A program made the translations under genes and the position numbers. A stretch of 64,000 bases of DNA from Octopus vulgaris (lineage: Eukaryota), in assembly GCA_951406725.2 (NCBI GenBank), contig OX597818.1:83762001-83826000 (forward strand), written 5' to 3'. Shown here piece after piece: positions 1 to 13,304 of the stretch (within the stretch, counting starts at the first letter, position 1; the number at the start of each line of letters is the position of its first letter). The notes beneath the pieces were generated by a model. It did not search any database. It saw only the letters and a list, made by a program, of their open reading frames with translations, and was not told where the DNA came from.

Positions 1-720
1 CAGGACACCACAAATAGACTCAGAACTCAACGAGAACGAAAACGTAAAAACAAGCATGGAACGACCTTTTTTTTTTTTACAAAGAAAAAACAGAGTACTA
101 GACTAACTATACAAGGAAAAATCCCCGTCATCAGGTGTCCCTAGTTCAACTCCAGCGTGTTTCGAATGTGAGGACAGAACACGACTCGTCGAACTAGCCC
201 TTCCTGCGAGGAAATTAAAGGAAATTACTTCGCAGAGGGGTAAAAACAAGGAAAGAACAAAATGTGACACAAACAGGACGTAAAAACGATACAAATAAAA
301 TTACAAAATAAAATACAAAATAAAATACAAAATAAAAATACAATTACAAAAAAATACAATACAAGAAATAAAAACACACAAGAAAACCACCAAAGAGGGC
401 CTTTTTTGCCTAGACGAGGAGAGATTCAAGGAGCGCAAGAAAACCGTGTGTTTACAGTTAGAAGGCCGCATGCAAAAGGAAGTATTTGGCCGGTTGTGAG
501 AGAGAGGAAGAGGAGTGAGAGAGAGAGATAGAGGAAGACAAACGGCTGTGAGAGAAATGAGGAGGAGTGAGAGAGAGAGAAAGGGAGAGAAGGGAAAGTT
601 AAGCAAAGAGGTATAGGGTTTCGCGTCATGTGTTTTTATTTCATTTTATAAAAGGTTCTTTCCATGCTAGTTTTTACGTTTTCGTTCTCGTTGAGTTCTG
701 CGTCTATTTGTGGTGTCCTG
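1..720. mobile_element. Foldback retroelement remnant (PLE-type terminal region with ~70-bp inverted repeats; left arm may run past the window edge)
   Basis: 1-70 (caggacaccacaaatagactcagaactcaacgagaacg...) is the near-perfect reverse complement of 650-720. The 110-170 segment shares a motif with 63685-63735. The right end abuts TA-rich repeat. Confidence 0.6.
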
Positions 721-906
721 TACTCACGTATATATATTTATATATGCATTTATATATACATGTAGATGTAGGTACGTACATATATGTATGTATGTATGCA
801 TGTATTTTATTTATTACACTATTGTATGACTGAGAGCCTTCGCGTCGATTCGATTCGATTCGTTCCGTTTCGTTTCTTCTTCTTCTCCCAGTACAGTTTA
901 TATATA

Positions 907-1395
907 TCTATATATATAAAACTGTAGTGTCTGTCCTCTTCGATTTAGATTCCTAACTACTCCCACATTTTGCGGTGCAGTTTAACCAAATTCGGGTATC
1001 TTATAGTCGTGATTCATATCGAGCCCGTCTGTGTATTAGCGCGCGTCTACGATGAGTCTACGATTTAAAAAATAATTTAACATCATTTTTTATTCCATTT
1101 TAATGCATAATTTTTCGTGTCGATGGCGTCCATGGTCACACCTGCACCTGTTTGCTTCTCCCCCTTCTTTCCTCCCTCGTGAAGCTGTGGGGAAGGGAGT
1201 GTAAGGAAATCAACGTCGTAAAGCGTTGTCAAGGAGACCAGCGTTCTTTTAGAACATTGACTTCATGGCTTGAAGACACCAAAACAGAAATGGCTAAGAA
1301 AGCCCGAATTGGCATCTATAAGGGAAGTAACTCTCCAAAAATGCTTATATAGTTATTTCCCTTACAAATCCGAGCAACGCCGGGCGATACTGCTA

Positions 1396-1396
<1 letters not shown>
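907..1396 (+). mobile_element. Non-autonomous Helitron
   Basis: 5' TC(tatatatataaa) start, subterminal GC hairpin ccgagcaacgccggg, 3' CTAG end. Inserted between A and T in a (TA)n tract; no TIR or TSD. Confidence 0.85.
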
Positions 1397-1463
<67 letters not shown>

Positions 1464-1500
1464 GTATATATACACATAGATAGATACATAGATAGATAGA

Positions 1501-1640
1501 CGACGAGCTTTCATGTAGTTTCTTAGTACAAAATTCAATCACATAGAAGGCTTGGGTCTATAGTAGAGAACATTTGTTCAAATGGTGCTGCGCAGTGGGA
1601 CTGAACTCGAAACTGTGTGGTTGCAAAGCCATGGCCATGA
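1501..1640 (-). mobile_element. tRNA-derived SINE family A, 5' half
   Basis: Reverse complement matches the head of 45311-45470 (gcttgc..aaccacatggttcc.ggttcagtcccactgcg...tcttctactatag). Confidence 0.7.
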
Positions 1641-1997
1641 CCATTTATATGATAAACATAATTTGATATGATAAATATCACTTTATGATTTTCAATCAGT
1701 GGTAGATGAAATATCTACCAATCAAATAAACGGGTCGATATAATTGACTGTTCCCCACCAAACACCAAAACTCGTGACCAAAAACTCGTATCATCATCAT
1801 TGTTCTTGTTATGGTGGAGGGGCTGGTAGTGGTGGTGTTGGCTTTGGTGGGTTTTTTTGTTGCCGTCATTGCATTTTTTTTTTACTTTTAGGGAAAGAAT
1901 ATATTTTCGTTCTTGAAGACTATTTCTTTACTCTTATTTCACTGCGATACAAAGGCGTCTTGTGGAGGCACTGCATGTAACATAACGGCCGTATTCG

Positions 1998-2079
<82 letters not shown>

Positions 2080-2999
2080 GTACGTGTGTATTTGTTTGTG
2101 TCTTTGTATGTGTTGGTAGGTGCATGTAAATCTATGTATATGTTTGTGTATGTGTCTACGTATATGTGTTATGTTCAAATGTTGGGTGTGATTGGCGGTG
2201 CAAACTCTTCTAGAATGGTGGGTAGTTGTAGCGTTTAAAACTCCAAACGGTCTAATCAATGGTAGTGGGGCCAAAATTGTGGCATTATATTAGATGTATA
2301 GGGTGGGAGAAAGAAATGAGAAAACCAAGCAAATACCGTAAGAGAAAGAAAGAACGAAATAAATAAATGAATAAAGAAAGAAAGAAAGAATTCCAAAGAT
2401 AAAATTAGTGAAAGTGTGACGGTTGAGAATGAGGGGAATTTACGGCAGAAATGTTAAGAATGAGTGATTGTGTGTTTGTATGTTTGTATACGTGTGTATG
2501 CTTGTGTGTATCTCTGCATGTGTTTGTGCATTTGCACATGTGTGTGTTTGTGTGTAAAGGGTCAGTTCTTTGATGGTCGATTGATTCTCTTCATTGGTCA
2601 ATTATATGCTGCTTGGTTTTAAAGATTGCCAATTTAACAAAACATAATTTAGGGTCAGAACTGTTTCTCATAAACCAATAGGATGAACTTGAACAGTCTA
2701 ATCGAACACAAGCTCCTCAGAAAGCCGATAACTAGGTGTCAATAATTGTGTGCTAAACCCAGCTTTGATTGCTTCTTGTATTGTAAGACTAATAAGAGAT
2801 TTATCATGCATGCATGCACCAAAACATACCCACCTACACATACACATACACTCACATATTTGTGTGACATACAATCATATATGAATGGATATAATATTTA
2901 CATACACAAAACAGATTTATTAGAACATTCTCTTTACTCTTCAAGTAGTTGTTACAAATATTATTAGGGTTAAACCAGTTATTCATGACAAGATATACA

Positions 3000-3035
<36 letters not shown>

Positions 3036-3038
<3 letters not shown>

Positions 3039-3626
3039 CCCTGATGCCCTGATGCAGTACCAGGCAATGGATGCCCTGATGCAGTACCAGGCAATGGCTC
3101 AAATGGCTTCTGATCTTAACTGATTGGAAGTGTTATCATGTACATTGTTTTGTCTTAGTATAAAAGATGGGCTACAGCAAATATTCTGCTCAATACCATA
3201 GATTTGCTTCTCAGTTGTTTGACCTTAACCAGTTGAGCATGTCCCTTAGTGGCTGACGATATGTGCATCTTTGATCACGAGCAGAAGTAGTGGGGGAGCA
3301 TCATAGCCATGTGTTGAGAGGGATTCTTTGGGGTTTGAATAATTCACCTCTGGAAACATGGGTGGTTCTTTCGACATCCTTAAACAACCCTTATTCAGGG
3401 ACCGCTTGAGCGGGATGGGCTACTCAACCTGAAGAAAATTCTAACTAGGCCCCACCTGCAAGGTCATGTGCTGTTTATCTTGATATGAGATCACCATGTC
3501 GCGCACATATGGTTGTGATGCATGTGCCTAGTGTACCTTTATCAGACGGGTAGTCATGATGGGTATATTGGGCTTCGTATATTTTACCCCAGTGTCACTT
3601 TGATGGCATGAACTGCTCTCTCACTC
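3036..3626 (+). mobile_element. 5'-truncated 3' end of an (AAT)n-targeting non-LTR retrotransposon (R4/Dong-like)
   Basis: Flanked on both sides by (AAT)n. 3169-3626 is nearly identical to the reverse complement of 9372-9829, with the same 3' end (...ctctctcactc-AATAAT) and a different 5' truncation. The R4/Dong assignment is inferred from target type. Confidence 0.75.
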
Positions 3627-3694
<68 letters not shown>

Positions 3695-3734
3695 GGATAA
3701 TAATAATAATATCATCATCATTATTTCGTGGTAT

Positions 3735-4110
3735 GCGCAGGCGTGTTTCTCTGGTAAGAAGCTTGCTTCCCAACCACATGGTACCGGATTCAACTTGGTA
3801 GGTGTCTTCTACTATAGCCTCCGGCCGACCAAGGACTTGTGAGTGGATTTCCTAAACGGAAACGAAAAGAAGCCCGTTGTATGTATATGTATATATTTAT
3901 GTGTATTTCTCTCTGTGTTGTTCCACCCACCTTCGCCTGACAACCTATGTAGATGGATTTACGTCTCCCGGAACTTAACGATAGAATAAGTACTAGGCTT
4001 TAAAAAAAAATGTCCTGTGGTCGAATTCTTTCGACTTGAATTGTTTTAACCATTCAAGGCAGTTCTCCAGCAAGGCCGCAATCAAATGACTGGAACAAGT
4101 AAAAGAATTT
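3735..4110 (+). mobile_element. tRNA-derived SINE family A
   Basis: ggtaagaagcttgcttcccaaccacatgg head, aagaagcccgt, internal TA/TG tract, gatagaataagtact and gactggaacaagtaaaaga tail; colinear with 45311-45705. Confidence 0.8.
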
Positions 4111-4133
4111 AAGAATAAAAGAACATAATAAAA

Positions 4134-5852
4134 GCGGGCAAGTGGCGGAATTGTTTGCACGCTGGGAAAAGTACATAGAAACATTTCGTTTAATTTCGTG
4201 TTCTGAGCTCAAATTCCGCCGAACTCGGCTTTGTCTTTCATCACTTCGGGTTCGATAAAACAAGTACTAGTTAAGCACTCGGGTCAATATATATTTCTTT
4301 ATTGCCAACAAGGGGCTAAACATAGAGAGGACAAACAAAGGAATTAAGTCGATTACCTCGACCCCGAAAGGATGAAAGGAAAAGTCGACCTCGGCGGAAT
4401 TTGAACTCAGAACTTAACGACAGACGAAATACCGCGAAGCATTCCGCCCGGGGCGCTAACGTGTCTGCCAGCTTGCCGGCTTATACACTCGGGTCAATAT
4501 ATACAACTAGCACCCTCTTCCAAAATTGCTGGCCTTACGCCAAAATAGGAAACCGTAGCTACCACACCGGGAAAAAATCTTAGCATCATTTCTCCAGGAT
4601 TTACGATCAGAGTTCCGTTGAGGTCTACTTTGAATTCATGCTTTCGGAGTTCGCAAAATGCCTACCAGTTGAGCACTGAGGTCGATATAATCGACTAGCT
4701 CTTTCCTCCAAAAGTTCTAGCCCTAGTGCTTATAGTAGTAAAGAATATTATTTTATTATTATCATCATCGCATCATGAAGCTGGTCAGGTGGCAGAATCA
4801 TAACTGCATCCGAAAAAATGTTTAGTAGCATTTCTTCACTCTCTCTAGATTCAGAATGAATACGTCGCCTAGGTCAACTTTCCAGTTAATCTCAAAATCT
4901 CGGTTCGATAAAATAATCAATCAGTGAAATACCGAATTCCATATAATCGACTTGATCTATTCTTGAAACTTGCTGGCTTTCAGCCAATATTGGTTTCAAG
5001 TTTTGATATGAGACCAGCAATTTCGGGGGAATTGGGATAGTCGATTATATCGATCCAGTATATCCTGGTACTTATTTTATTGAGCCCGCGCGGATGAAAG
5101 GCAAAGCTGACCTCCGCAGAATTTGAACTCAGAACGTGTAGACGGATAAAATGCCGCGAAGTATTTATGCGTCGTGTTAACGATTTTGCCACCCCATCAC
5201 GTTAGAATTCAGCAAAAATATATAAGAATTATTATTAAAATTATTATTATCCTTATTAATGCGGCTAGATGGCAGAATCGTTATGATGCCGGGCAAAACG
5301 CTTAGCGGTATTTTGTCTGAGGTCAACATTGCCTTTCATCCTTTCGGAGTCGATTAAATAAGTACCAGTTCCGGACTGGGGTCGATATAATCGACTTAAC
5401 CGTTTGTCTGTCCTTATTTGTCCCCTCTGTGTGTAGCCACTTGTGGGCAGTAAAGAAATAGGTATTTCGTCCGTCTTCGCGTTCTGAGTTGAAATTCTGC
5501 CGAGGTTGACTTGGCCCTTCATCCTATCGAGATAAAGTAAGTATCATTAAAGCACTGGGGTCGATATAATCGACGATCCCCCCCCCCCATTTCTGGCTTT
5601 GTGCCTTTAATAGAAAGAATTATTATCATTCTTATAAAGGTGGTGAGATAACTGGCAGAATCGTTGGTTCGCCGGGCAATATACTTAACAATATTTCGTC
5701 CGTCTTTACGTTCTAAGTTCACATTTCGCCAGGGTCGACTTTGCATTTCGGGGTCGATTAAATAAGTACAAAGTATTCCACTGGGGGCCAATGTAATCGA
5801 CTATCCCGCTCCCCTAAAATTTCAGACCTTATGCCTATAGTAGAAAGGGTTA
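4134..5852. mobile_element. Dense cluster of about 8-9 SINE family B copies in both orientations
   Basis: Recurrent ggcgagctggcagaatcgttagc...gttctgagttcaaattccgccgaggtcgactttgcctttcatcctttcggggtcgataaataagtaccagt. Plus-strand copies at ~4134, 4570, 4780, 5262, 5460, 5635; minus-strand copies at ~4295-4480 and 5010-5195. Confidence 0.85.
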
Positions 5853-6336
5853 TTATCATTATTATTGTTCAATTTTACATGTTCGGTTGTTTGAGGGTTC
5901 ATTTTGTTAACTCCAGTGTAAAAATGTATCGTCTTCCGACATTTAAAAATTTTTCCTTGTTTTCTTAAATAGCCATTTGCATTATTTAGTCGAGTTACAA
6001 GATGGCCGCTTCAAATGTTGTATAACAAGATGTTCACGACAATGCGAAGAAGAGTAACTTCTACAACTTAAAAGTGTCTGAAATTATTTTCGGTTGAAAA
6101 AGTACAATTTGAAAATTAGCAGATAACGATAGAATCAAAGAAAAGGAGCGTAAAACTTAATATCTTAAATACACTAATATTGAGGAAGACAAAAAGACAA
6201 GACCACATGATACCTACTTAGAAAAAGATTCTGGCACAAAGAATGGAAGTTTTGCCTCATCTTCCTTGTTGTTTTACCCTTGCTTCATCAGACTCATCTT
6301 TTCAGATCACTGCAAATATGATTTCTTAGGAAAACA

Positions 6337-6525
6337 AGGCGGCGAGCTGGCAGAAACATTAGCACGCCAGTCGAAATGCTTAGCAGTATTTCGTTTGTCT
6401 TGACGTTCTGAATTCAAATTCCGCCGAGGTCGACTTTACCTTTCATTCTTTCGGGGTTGATAACTTAAGTACCATTTGCGTACTGATTTCGATCCAATCG
6501 TCTGCTCCGCTCCCTTAAAATTTCG
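6337..6525 (+). mobile_element. SINE family B
   Basis: aaggcggcgagctggcagaaacattagcacgcc head with B-box-like gaattcaaattcc and the cctttcattctttcggggttgataa core. Confidence 0.85.
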
Positions 6526-6689
6526 GTAAAAAAAACTTATTCATTAGGAAAACAAGTCATTAATTGTGAAGCGGTAAAAACTTATCTTGAGAGTTTATTT
6601 GCTTGGAAACCTGAAAAAGTTTACACCCCAGAGTTCAACAATTTGTCAAATAGATCAACTTCTGTTACCAAAAATCCAAATTTTGACAC

Positions 6690-6885
6690 AACGCCAGCAG
6701 TTTCGGGGCGGAGGTGAAGTCGATTACATTGACCCAAGGGTTCAACTTGTAATTATTTTATCGTAACCTAAATGGTTGAACGCAAAGTCGAGCCCGGCGT
6801 AAAATTGAAATCAGGACGTAAAGACGGACGCAATACCGTTGATCATTTTGAACGGCATGTTAACCATGCTGCGAGCTCGCTGCCC
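6690..6885 (-). mobile_element. SINE family B, diverged
   Basis: Reverse complement matches family B; ends gcgagctcgctgccct on the + strand. Confidence 0.7.
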
Positions 6886-7579
6886 TAAAATGAAAGTAAA
6901 TATTATTTTGATACATAAATCAATTAAAATCAACGAAGCATTTGTTTCTCTCCTATCTTGAAATGTTAAAGGACTTCTTTCCCATCCTAATATAAACGAT
7001 ATGAGCAAGCACTAGATTCCTTACATAGAGGTATATATAAAAACGAAATACATAAATGCATTAAAACATCAGAAATTTCATTAAATACAATCGCTACAAG
7101 CCTGATATAAATGGCTAAGACCAAAGAGAACCTACTCTTTCAGAGGGGCGCTTCAAAGGAAGCCACCATATTAAACGCATTGTATAACATCGGACTATAA
7201 AGGAAACAATAAAATATACAAGATCTGTTTTAAATTCAGTGTAAATCTTTAATGATTTTGCTGTTTTAATTGCAATGACGGATATTCGTTTCATAATTAG
7301 AAACCGCTTCCTTTCAAGAACATAATCAAAGAATTACAAAAGAAAGTCACGCTAGACGCGCTCTTGCAAAAATGCATATACACACATTCACGCGCAGACA
7401 TGTAGACAAATACATACACACACATACACACATACACACTCACACACACGCGCACATATGCATACATATATACATGCGTACATATACATATATACACATA
7501 TGAAGATATTTGCTCACATACATAAACATAAGTATACACACGTATATAACTACATGCATAAACAAATAGAAACACTTAC

Positions 7580-7683
<104 letters not shown>

Positions 7684-7787
7684 GTGCATATATATATGTA
7701 TATATATATGCAGATATATGCATATAGAAACACATGCAGGATCACATACATACACACACAAACATTCGTACATACCTACACACCTAC

Positions 7788-7844
<57 letters not shown>

Positions 7845-8421
7845 CATATACATACATATACATATATGTAGGAGCTGAAACTAGAGAGAGAAATAATATA
7901 TATATACGTATGTATAAGCGCGCACTGTACTAGAGATACACTGTCCACAGGACAATAAATTAACGTTAAACATAAAACAATAAATTCGTCAACGATGAAC
8001 TAATGAGGAATCTACAGGTGGATACAAGACACTGACTGGAGCGTTGGTTTTATAGCAGCAATTATTAAATCACTTTGTTGTATAACTGTCTGCAATCGTG
8101 AGAAGATTCACTTCACGCAGCTGTACAACTAATTAGAAACTTAGAATTACAAGCCATTAGAGAGACTGCAAAAATATGCGACACATTTAAAGAATGTGTA
8201 CAATGTTATGTATACATACTCAGTACAACACATACAAACGTATGTACGTCTACATGAGCATAAGTTCAAATACACTCAGTAACATGTAGGTATATGTATA
8301 TATATTTGTAGTCATGACTATGTACAAATGCCCATGACTACTTAGGTGGTGACTAAATGCCAACTTAAATTCTGTGTATCTGGATAAACAAGAAGTAGTT
8401 ACAATACAAGTGCAAATAACT

Positions 8422-8470
<49 letters not shown>

Positions 8471-8536
8471 AATTCCTCTATTTACATAATATCGAGGTCT
8501 CTTTCTTTCTTTCTTTTGTTGTCTTACCATTTTTAT

Positions 8537-8596
<60 letters not shown>

Positions 8597-8849
8597 TTGC
8601 CGTGTCTATAATTATACCATGTTACATATTTATTATATCATACCTTGATACTGTCTAGACTAAGATGCCCGTTGACAGGTGTCTAGTATTTATAGTGTTA
8701 AACACTTTCGGTATGCAAATCAAGGACTACTTTGTAGAGTAACTGTTGCATTTGTTGAGTATATGCTGGTGTCCCCGTAACTTAGAGGTTAGGCAAAAGA
8801 GACCGATAACATAAGTACAGCGATTTGCTGCCTCCCCCCTCTCTCCCTT

Positions 8850-8889
<40 letters not shown>

Positions 8890-9291
8890 CAAAATGCTGT
8901 GAAGGTGCACTCTTTCTTAAAACCACCAAATTCTGGAGAAAAAACTGTGAGAATGAAGAACTAACAACCCTCCAACAAAAGGAAAAAAACACCTGGTTCG
9001 CCAATTACGAAACCGAGTTCAAAAACGAGCACCTTACAAGAAACCCATATTTTTAAAAAATTAACTACAACTTACGCATATCACCAACAACAATGAAAAC
9101 AAATCACAAGACATCAAACACACAGCAGTCCTAACTTTGACAACAACAATAACAGAACTTACAGACAACACCATACCCCTATCAAAAGAACCTAAGCAAC
9201 CAGGAAACCCCCAAATTTTGACTGCGAATGGTCGTGGACCGTAATCTTGTACTAGTGTTTAGTTTTTTGTTGATATATATATATATTTATA

Positions 9292-9347
<56 letters not shown>

Positions 9348-9371
9348 TAGTACTATATTATTATTATTATT

Positions 9372-9829
9372 GAGTGAGAGAGCAGTGCATGCCATCAAAG
9401 TGACACTGGGGTAAAATATACGAAGCCCAATATACCCATCATGACTACCCGTCTGATAAAGGTACACCAGGCACATGCATCACAACCATATGTGCGCGAC
9501 ATGGTGATCTCATATCAAGATAAACAGCACATGACCTTGCAGGTGGGGCCCAGTTAGAATTTTCTTCAGGTTGAGTAACCCATTCCGCTCAAAAGGTCCC
9601 TGAATAAGGATTGTTTAAGGATGTTGAAAGAACCACCCATGTTTCCAGAGGTGAATTATTCAAACCCCAAAGAATCCCTCTCAACACATGGCTATGATGC
9701 TCCCCCACTACTTCTGCTCGTGATCAGAGATGCACATATCGTCAGCCACTAAGGGACATGCTCAACTGGTTAAGGTCAAACAACTGAGAAGCAAATCTGT
9801 GGTATTGAGCAGAATATTTGCTGTAGCCC
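9372..9829 (-). mobile_element. Second 5'-truncated copy of the (AAT)n-targeting non-LTR element
   Basis: 458-bp near-identical reverse complement of 3169-3626, embedded in (TTA)n on both sides (9293-9371 and 9830-9968). Confidence 0.8.
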
Positions 9830-9856
9830 TATTATTATTATTATTATTATTATTAA

Positions 9857-9941
<85 letters not shown>

Positions 9942-9961
9942 ATTATTATTATTATAATTAT

Positions 9962-10220
9962 TATTATTAAATACATACATTAATATATATGCTCTGTGTA
10001 TTTTTCAGTGGCTGCATTGGCGTAACGGAGATCATAACTCTCATGTTTCCGGTGTTAAAATTCTTTAGAATCGATGTTATTCATTCAGATTAAAAGCCTA
10101 CTCTCGATGATTCTAAGGTGTTTTAACACCGGCGATATGAGAATTATAATCTCCGCTACGCCACCTGCAGCCACTGGAAAAGACACAAAGCATATACATT
10201 AACATATGTATTTAATAATA
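9962..10220. repeat. Imperfect palindrome / foldback MITE-like element
   Basis: Arms 9962-10072 and 10109-10220 are reverse complements (cagtggctgca.tggcgta.cggagat.ataa.tctcat...ccggtgttaaaa), with a 36-nt spacer. Confidence 0.85.
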
Positions 10221-10719
10221 TTTATTACACTAGAGCTGCTTTTACTTCATATGTATATATATATATATATTGAGGGTTTCGAATGTCCTGTCCGTGTTTA
10301 TTGTATCGTTTTCTTGAGTTATACGTTCTTGTCCATGTTGTATTTTTCTACATACCTTAATATATATATATATATATACACATATCTGCCTGAACCTCTT
10401 TTCTCTTCCCACGTGACCGCCGTTCAGCAAAGCGTGACCTTTCTTTCTTGGTTCGGCCGCCGTCCGTGCAACATCTATATCACTCCCTGTGCCTGTGAGA
10501 TCTAGTATCCCTACCGTAAAGCTTTAATTCCAGCTTAATTTAATACGTCCTTAGTCGAAAGACACCTGTTGTTATGTCCTGTTATGTCCTTTTTTTTCGT
10601 GTATATTCGCTGCTTTCTTCAAAGGAATCTAATGCTCTTAGCTTACTTTTTCCTTGGTGCTGGGCATATTGGAGCACTGTCGTGTATAACCAACCGAGAT
10701 TACCAGTACATTTGACATT

Positions 10720-12560
10720 CATCTAAATGGCAACATCGAGTCTTTGAAATTTAGTAAGTATACTAAAACCTCACTCACAGCCCATACAGATGTAAAATTG
10801 CTCCACAATTGTCCACCGTCTTTGCAAGATCGTAAAATCTCTTCGTCTGGAAGAATAAATGTTACAATATGAATGACATTTAAAATCAATTTGGATGTAT
10901 TGTTGTTGTTACCAACAACAGTTGTAATCATATAACTATATGAATATCTTCAGTAAGAAAAACCATATTTTATACGTAAGACATTAAATTTTTCGTCGAA
11001 AATTATGATTGCAGAATCAATGATTGTAGAGAAGTTAAATCTTACCAGTCTTATAACTTAAATTTAGGAAACCATTTTCCTGAATGAAGACAGAGACGAT
11101 TTTAAAAAGTCAACAGCGAACATTTATCTATTGTTATGCTTTCGTCTGGTTGTAGGTTTAACCAAACTTTAACTCTATGAAACGATACCTCTCAGCTAGT
11201 ACATTCTTATCTGGCAAATTCTGCTTCTCTTAAAACGAACGAAATTAATCATTATAAGCCATATTTTTGTAGAATCTTGTACAATTCATCTAGTTCTTTA
11301 ATAATATCGCTTAAAACTTCTATTACAACTTCGTATGTGATGCTTATCAATTTCTTGTGACACTATTTAGCCAGAAGGTGATTTGACTTATCTTCTTCAA
11401 AGTGAGTGATCAGTACTTCATCATTTTTTACTATTATTGCCTGCAATACAAAGTGTCTAGATAACCATCTGACTTTATTAAGTGGTTTATGAAAGCAATA
11501 GCTTCATTTCCAGAGGTTTATACAATTTCTTTAAACTTGCATCTTTTAACTTTAGATCGATAAAACGCAGTAGAGATAGTTCTCATCAACGATTAAATGT
11601 CTCATATTAATTGACTTGTTTCCATGTATCAGAAATCCACAAGCTTTCAAAATGTGCAACTCAGTATTGTTGCTTTATGTTTTAAACGATCTGTTTCTGT
11701 GGCGCTGCGATATCCCTGGATTGGCCAAACATTTCTGACGATCCATCCGATATAAAAATCGCCATTTTAAAGATTATAGCTTCCTTCTCTTCATAAACTG
11801 TTCTAAGACTAACAATAGAGACCTCACTTCCTCTCATCTTACCTGATCAAGATTATTCAACAGTCACATTTGAATGATTTCACTATAAAACATTTTATAC
11901 AAAATGATATTTTAAGAAATTAATCTGAATGTTCATAATGAGACATCTGTTGATATATATACCGAGGTTTCATCCAGTGTTCTTTCTAATTCTTCCCATG
12001 TTTTTAACAACACTATTGTTGATAATCTCCAGAAATTTATAATTATCCCTCTCGCCAACTATCTGGTAGTTGTACATAATTTGCCATAGATTCGTTAATG
12101 TGTTGAACTGAATGTGTGTGAAAATTATTTATTTTAACAGACAGTAATAGAGGACCTTTGATGTGCTTTGGGTTTGATCACTTTCGCTCTCGCTCGTCTG
12201 CATTCTCGCGGAACATGCGTAACATTCTTGCAACGGGGAATGGCGCGTTTTGTTGACTGAGTTTTTGTACTCGGTCCAAATTACGATTTATTTGCCAAAT
12301 GACGTTTCAAAATGTCAAGTTTCCAAATAACATCCAACTTCTTTCCACTAGCAAATTTCGCAGAAACTTTTCCATCACAATACAAACAGATTACTCCAGT
12401 TTCGATATCATACGTAAATATTTTTCGTAGTTAACTGTTCGTAACCCCATGAACTTTCGGTGAGGCAGTTTTACTATTTTGTTAAGTCATTCAACTTTAA
12501 ATAACCTTGAAGTTCGTTTGCGCTTCACGCTTCTCGCTTTTTTTGAATTCGATATTGTGA
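10720..12560 (-). pseudogene. Degraded hAT (SPIN/Charlie/GTF2IRD2-like) transposase fossil
   Basis: Minus-strand motif remnants in the expected order: GVICLYC (BED finger, ~12377-12398), YISTDVS (DESTD-like, ~11940-11960), NKVRWLS (HTEVRWLS-like, ~11460-11485). Many stops and frameshifts; boundaries approximate. Confidence 0.6.
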
Positions 12561-13304
12561 ATCAATATTTTTTCTAACAAAAATTCAGTAAACTATCTAC
12601 AGAATTAGAAACAGATCTGTATAAGTTAAATGATATGAAAAATGTCCACCAAACATTGTTGAAGATGTGTGACTGCTGAATATACTTGAACGGGAAAGAT
12701 GAGATGAAGTATAGTAATGATAAGAAAAATGTGGTATCTGTAAAACAGACTAATTGATTAACAGAAACAGTTGGTTAAGTGATTATTCTCTATAAGTATA
12801 ATTATTAATTACTATATTATTTTAGGCTCTGGTTGCAAATAGTTTGTTCTCACAGGGAAATGCTAAAATAGAATAAAAGAACGATATCAAATCTGGCTTC
12901 ATACAGGGTTTGAAATATGAACACTTTCAAACGTTGTGCTCGACGCCGGTTGCATATTTGAAATTAATTACAGCAATCCGGTTTGCGTTAAAATCTGCAA
13001 AGAAAGAGATTAGTCAGTAAATGGACATTTCATAGTAATATTAATAATTTTCTCACGAAGCTGTGTTTTATATCATTTATATTGTATTCAAATGCTTTAT
13101 ACTTCGACTTAGATGGATGGTTAATCTTATCTGCGTATTATTTTCTGCCTATAGTACAGGTTGCGTAAGACATTTGGGGACGGATTTATGTTTATAAGAA
13201 AACAGATATATAATAACAGATAACTTTACTTACCAAAACATACTATGAGGATAAAAATAAACGTTCTTTTTATAGTGTTATTCAATAAGGTCACGTTCAG
13301 CTTC

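Noticed and set aside
8885-9250. Short open frame CEGALFLKTTKFWRKN... as an exon
   Set aside because: No splice signals; A/C-rich and microsatellite-bounded, so more likely an unassigned retroelement fragment.
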